A stretch of 52,136 bases of DNA from an uncultured Candidatus Saccharibacteria bacterium (GTDB lineage: Bacteria; Patescibacteriota; Minisyncoccia; JAHISW01; Tagabacteraceae), in assembly GCA_964601305.1 (NCBI GenBank), contig CAZRMW010000005.1, forward strand, positions 1 through 52,136, in the 5' to 3' direction. Under the pieces are notes generated by a model. It made no database searches, was not told the origin of the DNA, and worked only from the letters and a program-made list of their open reading frames with translations. The translations under genes were made by a program, and so were the position numbers. Positions 40,818 to 47,978 of this stretch are shown here, one piece after another; within the stretch, counting starts at the first letter, position 1, and each line of letters starts with the position of its first letter.

Positions 40818-42247
40818 AAATAGATCTATCTGAGCTTACAATCAAAAAAGCAAACGAACTTTTAAATTCTGGTGATATTTCAGCGGGAGAGCTATTAGAA
40901 TTTTATTTAGAAAATATAAAAAAGCACGACAGTAATGTGAATGCTTTTTTGGAAGTCTTCGATGAGAGTGCATTTGAGCAAGCAGAGAACGTGGATAAAA
41001 AAATAAAAGATGGTGGGCAGGTGCCACTTCTGGCGGGAATTCCTTTTGCGATAAAAGACAATATTTTAATAAAAAACAAAAAATGTTCTTCTGCCTCAAA
41101 GATACTCGAAAATTTTGTGGCGCCTTATGATGCAACAGTGATAGAAAAACTAAAAAGACAGGGGGCAGTTTTTGTAGGAAGGACAAATATGGACGAATTT
41201 GCTATGGGAGCTTCTACAGAAAATTCAGCATATGGACCAACCAAAAATCCATACGATCAAGAAAGAGTACCTGGCGGATCTTCTGGTGGCTCTGCGGCAG
41301 CTGTAGCACAGCAAGAATGTATGGTCTCTCTTGGATCAGACACTGGTGGTTCAATAAGACAACCGGCCGCGTTTTGTGGGGTGGTTGGCTTGAAGCCTAC
41401 ATATGGATCGGTTTCTAGAAATGGCCTTATGTCTCTTGCTTCTTCCTTAGATCAGATTGGTCCAATAGCAAAAACAGTAGAAGATACAGAAATAATTTTT
41501 GATGCAATAAAAGGTCAAGATACTTTAGATTTTACAAGTATGGAATCTAACATTCAACATTCAACATTCAATATTCAAAATTCTGTTGTTGGTGTCCCCA
41601 AAGAGTCTTTCGATTTGCAGGGAGAAAACGAGGGGCTGTCTCCAGGTATAATAAAAAACACAAAGGAATCCATAAAAAAACTAGAAAGCTTAGGTTTTAA
41701 AATAAAGCAAACAGAAATAGATTCTTTAAAAAGAGTTGTAGAAGCATACTATACTATTATGCCAGCAGAAGCGGCCTCTAATTTGGCTAGATACGATGGT
41801 ATTAGATACGGGTTTTCAGAAAATGGCGACACTCTTCTTGATGTATATAAAAACAGCAAGGGTAAGGGCTTTGGTAGTGAGACAAAAAGAAGAATACTTC
41901 TTGGAAACTATGTTTTGTCGTCTGGGTTTTACGATGCCTATTATGGTACAGCTCAAAAAGCCAGAGAGTTTATGAAATATGATTTAAAAAACAGAGTTTT
42001 TAGCGATGTAGATTTTATCCTGAGTCCAACTACACCAACTCCAGCATTTAAAATTGGAGAAAAAACCAGCGATCCGGTAGAAATGTATTTGGCAGATATT
42101 TTTACAGCGTATGCAAATCTTACGGGTATTCCTGCAATTTCATTGCCAAATGGTTTTGAGGAAAAATTGCCAACTGGCCTTCAACTTATGGCGCCGTGGT
42201 TTGAAGAAAAGAGATTGTTTGATATAGGTAAAAAATTGGAAAAATAA
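40814..42247 (+). CDS. gatA: Asp/Glu-tRNA amidotransferase subunit A (amidase signature)
   Basis: GGSSGGSAAAVA, GSDTGGSIRQPA. Confidence 0.95.
   Translation: MKIDLSELTIKKANELLNSGDISAGELLEFYLENIKKHDSNVNAFLEVFDESAFEQAENVDKKIKDGGQVPLLAGIPFAIKDNILIKNKKCSSASKILENFVAPYDATVIEKLKRQGAVFVGRTNMDEFAMGASTENSAYGPTKNPYDQERVPGGSSGGSAAAVAQQECMVSLGSDTGGSIRQPAAFCGVVGLKPTYGSVSRNGLMSLASSLDQIGPIAKTVEDTEIIFDAIKGQDTLDFTSMESNIQHSTFNIQNSVVGVPKESFDLQGENEGLSPGIIKNTKESIKKLESLGFKIKQTEIDSLKRVVEAYYTIMPAEAASNLARYDGIRYGFSENGDTLLDVYKNSKGKGFGSETKRRILLGNYVLSSGFYDAYYGTAQKAREFMKYDLKNRVFSDVDFILSPTTPTPAFKIGEKTSDPVEMYLADIFTAYANLTGIPAISLPNGFEEKLPTGLQLMAPWFEEKRLFDIGKKLEK
41544..41585. repeat. 7-nt-periodic tract inside gatA (CATTCAA x3 perfect, plus degenerate flanks)
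   Basis: aatctaa|cattcaa|cattcaa|cattcaa|tattcaa|aattctg. Encodes ESNIQHSTFNIQNS. Confidence 0.85.
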
Positions 42248-42248
42248 A

Positions 42249-42821
42249 ATGGAAAAAGCACCTTATCTAAATTTAGAATATATTTATTATAAAGCTTACA
42301 ATTTTTTTGTAGAAAGTTTTGGGTATTTTTTTAGTGGCGAAGCTCCGGCTTATGAAATAGTAGTATTTTGGGCTCAAATTGTTTCTATAATTTTGTCTGC
42401 GTTTCTTCTTTACGGAATAGTTTTAGGGTTTTTAAAATTATTTAAAGTACAAGAAAAACATTTGAAAGAATTTGCAAAAGTTATTATAGAAGAACAGCCA
42501 GAAGAAAGAGCAACAAGATGGGATAAAATAAAGAAGCTGATGAAATCTGAAAGTGAGTCGGATTGGCGAATGGCAATTTTGGAGGCGGATAGCTTGGTGG
42601 ATGATATAATAAAAAAAATTGGCTACAAGGGAGAAACTTTTGCTGAGAGATTAAAACAAGTAAAGCCTGCGCAACTTGAACATTTAAGCGAACTTTGGTA
42701 CAACCATAAAATGAGAAACAGAATTGCACACGAGGGTACAAAGTATAAACTTGAAAAAGACGAGGCAGACAAAATAATAGTCAACTACGAAAAAGTTTTA
42801 ACAAGTTTGGAGTATTTATAG
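42249..42821 (+). CDS. Hypothetical membrane protein
   Basis: 190-aa ORF with one or two TM helices. Its start lies 2 nt after the gatA stop. Confidence 0.6.
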   Translation: MEKAPYLNLEYIYYKAYNFFVESFGYFFSGEAPAYEIVVFWAQIVSIILSAFLLYGIVLGFLKLFKVQEKHLKEFAKVIIEEQPEERATRWDKIKKLMKSESESDWRMAILEADSLVDDIIKKIGYKGETFAERLKQVKPAQLEHLSELWYNHKMRNRIAHEGTKYKLEKDEADKIIVNYEKVLTSLEYL

Positions 42822-42825
42822 ATGA

Positions 42826-42840
42826 CCTGCCTGAGGCAGG
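42826..42840. repeat. CCTGCC-TGA-GGCAGG hairpin
   Basis: 42826-42831 pairs with 42835-42840. Confidence 0.7.
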
Positions 42841-42889
42841 CAAGCCTTGAAAAAAGCCCTAAACCTGTAGGTCGGGCAAGGAGGCCAAA

Positions 42890-43270
42890 ATGGCACAAAA
42901 AATATTTCGTTTTCTTTTTTTGTTTTGTGTTTTGATTTTTAGTATTGATGTTGCTCAGGCAGAGAATGAAGGAGATTTTAATTTTTCCCTTGTTCACAAC
43001 ACTTCGGAAAAGAAACTTATAGCGAGAATTTATCAAATCGACCACACTCTCAGAATTATAGGTGAGTTTAACTTCATTACTGCTGAAATGCGCCCAGGCA
43101 AGATTAATAGAATAGATGAAAAATATTTTTACGGACTTTATCGCGCTGAATTCAAATATAACAATATTGTAATTGTTAACACTAATGGTTTTAAGGTAGA
43201 AAAAGGGATTGAGGAAGTTGTTGTGTATTCTGACGGAACAGTGGAAATGAAAAAGAGAAAATTAAAATAG
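42890..43270 (+). CDS. Hypothetical secreted protein
   Basis: GGAGG precedes ATG 42890. Signal-peptide-like N-terminus (FRFLFLFCVLIFSIDVAQA). Confidence 0.55.
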   Translation: MAQKIFRFLFLFCVLIFSIDVAQAENEGDFNFSLVHNTSEKKLIARIYQIDHTLRIIGEFNFITAEMRPGKINRIDEKYFYGLYRAEFKYNNIVIVNTNGFKVEKGIEEVVVYSDGTVEMKKRKLK

Positions 43271-43299
43271 AAAACCCTCCGACATGTCGGAGGGTTTTT
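43271..43299 (+). terminator. Rho-independent terminator
   Basis: CCCTCCGAC (43275-43283) pairs with GTCGGAGGG (43286-43294), followed by TTTTT. Confidence 0.8.
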
Positions 43300-43304
43300 A
43301 AAAT

Positions 43305-43382
43305 TGGGAGCGGGGGAGGGATTTGAACCCCCGACACAGGGGATATGAGCCCCTTGCGCTAACCAGACTGCGCCACCCCGCA
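43305..43382 (-). tRNA. tRNA-Met(CAU), initiator-like anticodon stem, CCA encoded
   Basis: Reverse complement TGCGGGG TG GCGC AGTCTGGTTA GCGC A AGGGG CTCATAT CCCCT GTGTC GGGGG TTCAAAT CCCTC CCCCGCT C CCA. Three G:C pairs close the anticodon loop, and there is a U1-U72 mismatch. Confidence 0.8.
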
Positions 43383-43387
43383 ACAAA

Positions 43388-43879
43388 TTAAGAAGAAGAA
43401 ATTTTATTGAAAAGGTCGGCCACTTTTTGGAATACTTCTCTTGTTTCTTTTTCTGTTAGTGGTAAAAGATAAATGTTTACATTCTCGTCTGCGTATACAA
43501 AAAACATTTCTATAGCGTTTAATTCTTTTTCAGAAAGGAAGTTCATCGGATAAGGAAAACTTTTCTTTTCTGTTTTTTGTTGAACAGAGCGTTTTCCATG
43601 AACAACTTTTGTTAAACTCCAGACCTGAGATTTAGGGCTACGAGTATAAATATCTGCTGTTAGTCCATGTAGTCTATTTGTGGCTCTTGTTATGCCAATA
43701 TCTCCGGTGTGAAGCCTAAAAAAAGGAAGCTCGGCGCCGTTTACCGTGCGATAACCACTAAGCGTCATTGTTACTTTTCCAATGATTGCAGAAATACTAG
43801 GCGGAGATACTGCATAAGAAAAACTTGTTGTTAAAACAAAAATAATCAATGTACAAAAAAACAGTCTTTTTGTCTTCAT
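43388..43879 (-). CDS. Hypothetical secreted protein
   Basis: Signal peptide MKTKRLFFCTLIIFVLTTSFSYA. No motif recognised. Confidence 0.6.
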   Translation of the reverse strand: MKTKRLFFCTLIIFVLTTSFSYAVSPPSISAIIGKVTMTLSGYRTVNGAELPFFRLHTGDIGITRATNRLHGLTADIYTRSPKSQVWSLTKVVHGKRSVQQKTEKKSFPYPMNFLSEKELNAIEMFFVYADENVNIYLLPLTEKETREVFQKVADLFNKISSS

Positions 43880-43908
43880 TTTTTTCTCCTTATTTTTAAA
43901 GAACTTTT

Positions 43909-44568
43909 TTATTCTTCTTCTTGTTCTCCTGAAGATACGAAGAAGCTTCCAGTTGCTCTGGCAGATCCTAGTTCTTTGCCTTTTTCTATTGTTGTAGCAT
44001 AGATTTCATAAAAATAGCGAACTTTTGGTTGAAGCCCTTCGATATTGGCTCGATGACCTTTCGCTGTGGGGAAAATAGAATTAACTTCTTTTTTACCTAC
44101 CATCTCATTGCTTGTGATTATCACTTTAGATTTTGTTAGTTTGTTTGTTTCCCATTTGATTGATGTTGGGTCTAAACCGGTTAGTATTTTTATTGATGAT
44201 ATAATTGGAATACTAGGATCACAAGCAGTTTCTTTTATTACTTCTTTATAAACTATTTTTTCCACGGGTACTTTTTTTATAACTACTTTTGTTTCGGGGT
44301 CTGTGGTGCAAGTTTCTTTTAGTTTTAATTCTTCTATTTCTGCTTCAAGATTTTCAATGATATTTTCGTACTTTAAGTTTTGGGTTTCCGTTTTGTCGCT
44401 TTCATTTTCTTCCATGGTTGCTAGCAAGATAGAGGCGGTTTGGACTTTAAGTTTGTTCCAACTGTTCCAATCAAAGTCTTTTAAATATTTAAATGGATTT
44501 ATGAGTATCGTAAAAAACAGTAGTACAATAAAAACTTTTAAAATATTTATTATGTGCCCTTTTTTCAT
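43909..44568 (-). CDS. Hypothetical membrane-anchored protein with FN3-like C-terminal region
   Basis: N-terminal TM, coiled-coil, then TSIKWETNKLTKSKV...GLQPKVRYFYEI, which resembles an FN3/PAP-N fold. Confidence 0.55.
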   Translation of the reverse strand: MKKGHIINILKVFIVLLFFTILINPFKYLKDFDWNSWNKLKVQTASILLATMEENESDKTETQNLKYENIIENLEAEIEELKLKETCTTDPETKVVIKKVPVEKIVYKEVIKETACDPSIPIISSIKILTGLDPTSIKWETNKLTKSKVIITSNEMVGKKEVNSIFPTAKGHRANIEGLQPKVRYFYEIYATTIEKGKELGSARATGSFFVSSGEQEEE

Positions 44569-44619
44569 TCCTTTTATAGTACAACATTTTTATAAAAATG
44601 TAAATTTTTAAAAAATAAG

Positions 44620-44648
44620 TTGACTTTTTAAGGCCAAGTGATTAATAT
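44620..44648 (+). promoter_or_regulatory. Sigma-70-type promoter
   Basis: TTGACT (44620-44625), 17 nt, TAATAT (44643-44648). Confidence 0.5.
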
Positions 44649-44715
44649 AAGAGAAATAAAGTTCTTAAACAACTAACAATACTAACAAACAAAGATAAAC
44701 CGAAAGGAGAAAACG

Positions 44716-45060
44716 ATGAAAAAAGAAACCCCGAAATTTAAACCGATGGTTTCTCCCTTTATGAACAAGGGAACGATGGGGGATGGAGCCGGTCTTTGGT
44801 TGGAAATTCTATGCATACTGGGCTATGGCGAAGGTGTTGTTATGGACGATGAGCTGGGTGATAAGTCTGTCGAAAACACCAAACGTATGCAAATCGAGTT
44901 GCTGGGCTTTGGTGGGAAAGATGCCGACGGTAACCCCGGCCCGAACACCAGAGAGGCTTTGAAGGAAAAAACCGGAATCGACATTATGGCTGTTCCTGCC
45001 AGGCCCAACGGGCAAACCGTCTGGTATGGTCCGGAAACTGACGACCCTCAAATCTGGTAA
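44716..45060 (+). CDS. Peptidoglycan-binding-domain (PG_binding_1-like) protein, GC-richer than background
   Basis: AAAGGAG precedes ATG 44716. LGYGEGVVMDDELGDKSVENTKRMQIELLGFGGKDADGNPGPNTREALKEKTGI resembles the LxxLGY...DGxxGxxTxxAL repeat. Confidence 0.55.
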   Translation: MKKETPKFKPMVSPFMNKGTMGDGAGLWLEILCILGYGEGVVMDDELGDKSVENTKRMQIELLGFGGKDADGNPGPNTREALKEKTGIDIMAVPARPNGQTVWYGPETDDPQIW

Positions 45061-45087
45061 ACTGGCCAACGGGTCAAAACAAAAACA

Positions 45088-45116
45088 AAAGGCGCTGAAC
45101 TTTTCTCAGCGCCTTT
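45088..45116 (+). terminator. Hairpin terminator
   Basis: AAAGGCGCTGA (45088-45098) pairs with TCAGCGCCTTT (45106-45116). Confidence 0.6.
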
Positions 45117-45163
45117 AACCATTTGCTACCACAAAGCTACATTAATACAGCGAGGTTAACAAA

Positions 45164-45331
45164 ATGAAAGTTATATCTGCAGTAAGTTTGATTCTTGGCA
45201 TGTTGATATTGTTACTAATTTGGTTTTTGGGATCAGAGCCAACCATTTTATCAAAAGTAGTTTGTATAATTGGTAGTATTTTATCTCTCTTGGGGTTTGC
45301 TGGTTGCGTTCGTTGTCGCATTTTCAAATAA
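45164..45331 (+). CDS. Unannotated 55-aa two-TM peptide
   Basis: Below the ORF-track cutoff. GAGG precedes ATG 45164. MKVISAVSLILGMLILLLIWFLGSEPTILSKVVCIIGSILSLLGFAGCVRCRIFK, followed by the hairpin TCCAC-ttcgt-GTGGA plus T-run (45345-45368). Confidence 0.5.
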   Translation: MKVISAVSLILGMLILLLIWFLGSEPTILSKVVCIIGSILSLLGFAGCVRCRIFK

Positions 45332-45442
45332 AAATTATTAAAAGAGTCCACTTCGTGTGGATTTTTTCATTTTAATTTCTGGAGTTCTTTTGCGGGGAAT
45401 TGAAGTCTAGTTTGAGGAATACGGTAGACTTATTAGAAAGAG

Positions 45443-45474
45443 AAAAGCCCTTGCGGAAACACACAAGGGCTTTT
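45443..45474 (-). terminator. Bidirectional-type hairpin terminator
   Basis: AAAAGCCCTTG (45443-45453) pairs with CAAGGGCTTTT (45464-45474). Confidence 0.6.
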
Positions 45475-45497
45475 GAGATGGCGTTGGTAAGAAATAA

Positions 45498-45656
45498 CTA
45501 ATTCTTTTTTTCTCCAATTTTGTGGCAAACAATACCATATATTCCAACGATGGCACCACATAGATAGCCACTCCACCCACTGATGCTTTCAATGGTGCTT
45601 ATGTCTATCACAATACCGGAGAGAGCTCCTCCTATAATTACAAGTATAAACCTCAT
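45498..45656 (-). CDS. Unannotated 52-aa glycine-zipper membrane peptide
   Basis: AAAGGAGG precedes ATG 45656. MRFILVIIGGALSGIVIDISTIESISGWSGYLCGAIVGIYGIVCHKIGEKKN. Has its own promoter and terminator. Confidence 0.5.
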   Translation of the reverse strand: MRFILVIIGGALSGIVIDISTIESISGWSGYLCGAIVGIYGIVCHKIGEKKN

Positions 45657-45704
45657 TGGAAACCTCCTTTTTAAGGGTGTGTTTGATTCCTTGATCTATG
45701 TGTA

Positions 45705-45733
45705 AGACTATCACAAAAATACCACTTTGTCAA
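45705..45733 (-). promoter_or_regulatory. Promoter (minus strand), paralogous to 46047-46075
   Basis: Minus strand TTGACA (45733-45728), 17 nt containing GGTATTTTTGTG, TAGTCT (45710-45705). Confidence 0.45.
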
Positions 45734-45865
45734 TGATATTTGCGGACTTGGATCTCAACTGGAACCAGTTAGCTCAAGATTTAATAAGAAATTTATAGTT
45801 TTTGGCAAAACAAAAACGCCAACCATGAAGATTGACGCTTTTGGAGAAAATATCTGTTGCGTTGT

Positions 45866-45994
45866 TTATACATGCACATACCGAGATTTGCCAGTATATC
45901 TTTGAGTGTTATTGCTATGGTCGTTTTCCACCTCATACTCAACATGATATCCGTAATGCACGATGCTTGTTGACTGCCACCAGTAAGTCTTCAT
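45866..45994 (-). CDS. Unannotated 42-aa hydrophilic His/Tyr/Trp-rich peptide
   Basis: AAAGGAG precedes ATG 45994. MKTYWWQSTSIVHYGYHVEYEVENDHSNNTQRYTGKSRYVHV, followed by a G-U-containing hairpin plus T-run. Confidence 0.4.
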   Translation of the reverse strand: MKTYWWQSTSIVHYGYHVEYEVENDHSNNTQRYTGKSRYVHV

Positions 45995-46046
45995 CTTGTT
46001 TTCTCCTTTGAAATTTTTGTTTTCAAACCAAAACTACTCTGCATCA

Positions 46047-46075
46047 AAGATAGCACAAAATACCTTACTCGTCAA
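46047..46075 (-). promoter_or_regulatory. Promoter (minus strand), paralogous to 45705-45733
   Basis: Minus strand TTGACG (46075-46070), 17 nt containing GGTATTTTGTG, TATCTT (46052-46047). Confidence 0.45.
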
Positions 46076-46078
46076 GTG

Positions 46079-46150
46079 TTGCGGGGGTGGGAATTGAACC
46101 CACTACCTGGAGGTTATGAGCCTCCCGTGCAACCGTTACACTTCCCCGCG
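46079..46150 (-). tRNA. tRNA-Met(CAU) with C1-A72 mismatch
   Basis: Reverse complement CGCGGGG AA GTGT AACGGTT GCAC G GGAGG CTCATAA CCTCC AGGTA GTGGG TTCAATT CCCAC CCCCGCA A. The acceptor end is identical to the E. coli initiator tRNA as I recall it. Confidence 0.8.
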
Positions 46151-46285
46151 CCGTGCCAGGTTATTCAACCTAGTGTAGTAATCATACTACTACAAAACAA
46201 AATATTTGGCTAGACTTTGAGTTTTCTTATGGTATTGTATTTTTAGCATCAAAAACAAGATCTTTAACAAAAATAAGGTATAAAA

Positions 46286-47614
46286 ATGAAAAAACACTTC
46301 TATTTTTGGTGGGTTATCATATTTTTTTTGATTGGATGTTCATCAACTAGATCAATTTCTTTTTCTTTAGAAAGTAAAGAAAGAATAAAAGCTTCCGAAG
46401 TAGTAAAATTAGAAAGAAGAATTGAAGCAGAAAAATACTCTCTGAAAGAAAAATCGGAAATTATAGAGTCGCGGCTTAGTAATTTTCTTTATTTGCCACA
46501 CTTTCTTATTTCTAGATTTACAACAGATAAAGGCAGGGGGCCAATACAGTTGGAGCATAGTTTGTTTTTGCTTTCTTATTTGGCTTCTAAATACGCAGTT
46601 ACAAAAAACAAAATTGTTCAAACTCGAGCCAAAAGAATAATTAAATCAATTATAGAAATGGATCGAGCAAATGGATTAGATGGATTCTTGCCCCTAGAAG
46701 CTGTGATTGATAAAAGGGGCAATCTTTTTCCAACAAACGAAGATACGCACGCAAATGTTTATGTGCAATTGCTTTTTGCTTACACGCAAGCCTTCTATAG
46801 TTTTGATGATATAGAAATAAAAAAATTAATTAGTAAACATATTGCTATCGTAGCGAAACATTTTGTTGGCAATAATTATCAATTAGTAAATCAATATGGA
46901 GAGACGACAAAATATAGCAACATATCTATATCAAGATTCGAATTAAAAAGAAATCGTGCTTTAGCTGTAACTTTGTTGATTCATTCTGCGCTTAAATTTG
47001 TAGATAAAAACAAATACTCAGATTTGTATCAAAGGCTTATGGAAGATAAGGTGCTTTTAGAAAAATATGGGTATCCAAACAAAGGGCCAATTTTTTTCAA
47101 ACTTGCAAATTTAGAATTTCCAACTCCTGGTAGCTCTCATCTTAATTTTTTATCTCTGTACACACTACACATTCTAACAGGAGATGATTATTACAAAAAA
47201 GTAATTAAGAAATTACATAGCAGATATGATCACTCTGCAAATGTGTTTTTCGATATCTTATACCTTAACACAAGTTTCTATTTTATTTCTAAAGAAAGAA
47301 GATTTAAAATTGAAGACAGAATAAAAGACTATCTGCAATCCTATCCCACAGTTCGTGATTCTTCAGAGATATTAAATAGTTATCGCAAAGATTTAGAAAA
47401 AAGAAAAATTTCGCGCTACATCAAATTTAGGAGCAAACCAGAATCTGTAGTCCCACTACCTATATACGACAGGCCAGGCACCACCTATGAATGGATAAGA
47501 AACCAACATCGTTTAGATGGTGGGTGGGTTGGAAACAGGCATTTGTATAATGAGGTAGATTATTTGCAGGCATATTGGCTGTTTAGAGAATATTTAAAGA
47601 AAATAGGTCAATAA
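46286..47614 (+). CDS. Hypothetical lipoprotein
   Basis: Lipobox FFLIGC at the N-terminus. 442 aa with no motif recognised. Confidence 0.6.
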   Translation: MKKHFYFWWVIIFFLIGCSSTRSISFSLESKERIKASEVVKLERRIEAEKYSLKEKSEIIESRLSNFLYLPHFLISRFTTDKGRGPIQLEHSLFLLSYLASKYAVTKNKIVQTRAKRIIKSIIEMDRANGLDGFLPLEAVIDKRGNLFPTNEDTHANVYVQLLFAYTQAFYSFDDIEIKKLISKHIAIVAKHFVGNNYQLVNQYGETTKYSNISISRFELKRNRALAVTLLIHSALKFVDKNKYSDLYQRLMEDKVLLEKYGYPNKGPIFFKLANLEFPTPGSSHLNFLSLYTLHILTGDDYYKKVIKKLHSRYDHSANVFFDILYLNTSFYFISKERRFKIEDRIKDYLQSYPTVRDSSEILNSYRKDLEKRKISRYIKFRSKPESVVPLPIYDRPGTTYEWIRNQHRLDGGWVGNRHLYNEVDYLQAYWLFREYLKKIGQ

Positions 47615-47665
47615 GTACACAAAAAGCTTCGTCGTTTTGGCGGGGTTTTTTTATTCACAAGTGTG

Positions 47666-47694
47666 TTGACTTTTACTCAAAAATTTGCTATATA
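47666..47694 (+). promoter_or_regulatory. Sigma-70-type promoter of a candidate small RNA
   Basis: TTGACT (47666-47671), 17 nt, TATATA (47689-47694). Confidence 0.5.
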
Positions 47695-47699
47695 TAGGT

Positions 47700-47778
47700 T
47701 ATGTGAGTGTGTCTGCCTTTGGCAGGACACTTCTATGTCTGCATAAAGCCCCTGCGCAAGCGGGGTCTTTATGTTTTT
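47700..47778 (+). ncRNA. Candidate ~75-nt small RNA (two hairpins, the second a terminator)
   Basis: Hairpin 47709-47730 (GTGTCTGCC-ttt-GGCAGgACAC). Terminator hairpin 47742-47773 (CATAAAGCCCC...GGGGtCTTTATG) plus TTTTT. No ORF. Confidence 0.4.
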
Positions 47779-47843
47779 GTGGAACTTCCTCTTTGTTTTA
47801 TTTGTTGTATTTTGTATAATAAAAACAGAAAAGAACTTTTATT

Positions 47844-47939
47844 CCGCACCAACATTGTAGTGAGCAGAGAGTAGATGGCACTCACATAAAGACATAGTAT
47901 GAGGATTTGCCTTCTCTGCTCATTAGAGTGTTGGTACGG
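47844..47939 (+). promoter_or_regulatory. ~96-nt extended hairpin in the 5' leader of the 47979 gene
   Basis: 27-position helix with 2 mismatches (47844-47870 with 47913-47939). Apical helices GGCA/TGCC and CTCA/TGAG. Confidence 0.55.
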
Positions 47940-47978
47940 GGCACATAAAAAAATTATTAATTAAATTTAACAAAATTT

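Noticed and set aside
45142-45592. Track ORFs 45142-45351 (-) and 45407-45592 (-).
   Set aside because: Neither has an SD. Each overlaps a shorter ORF (45164-45331 on the plus strand, 45498-45656 on the minus strand) that does have a strong SD, a promoter or terminator, and a membrane-peptide-like sequence.
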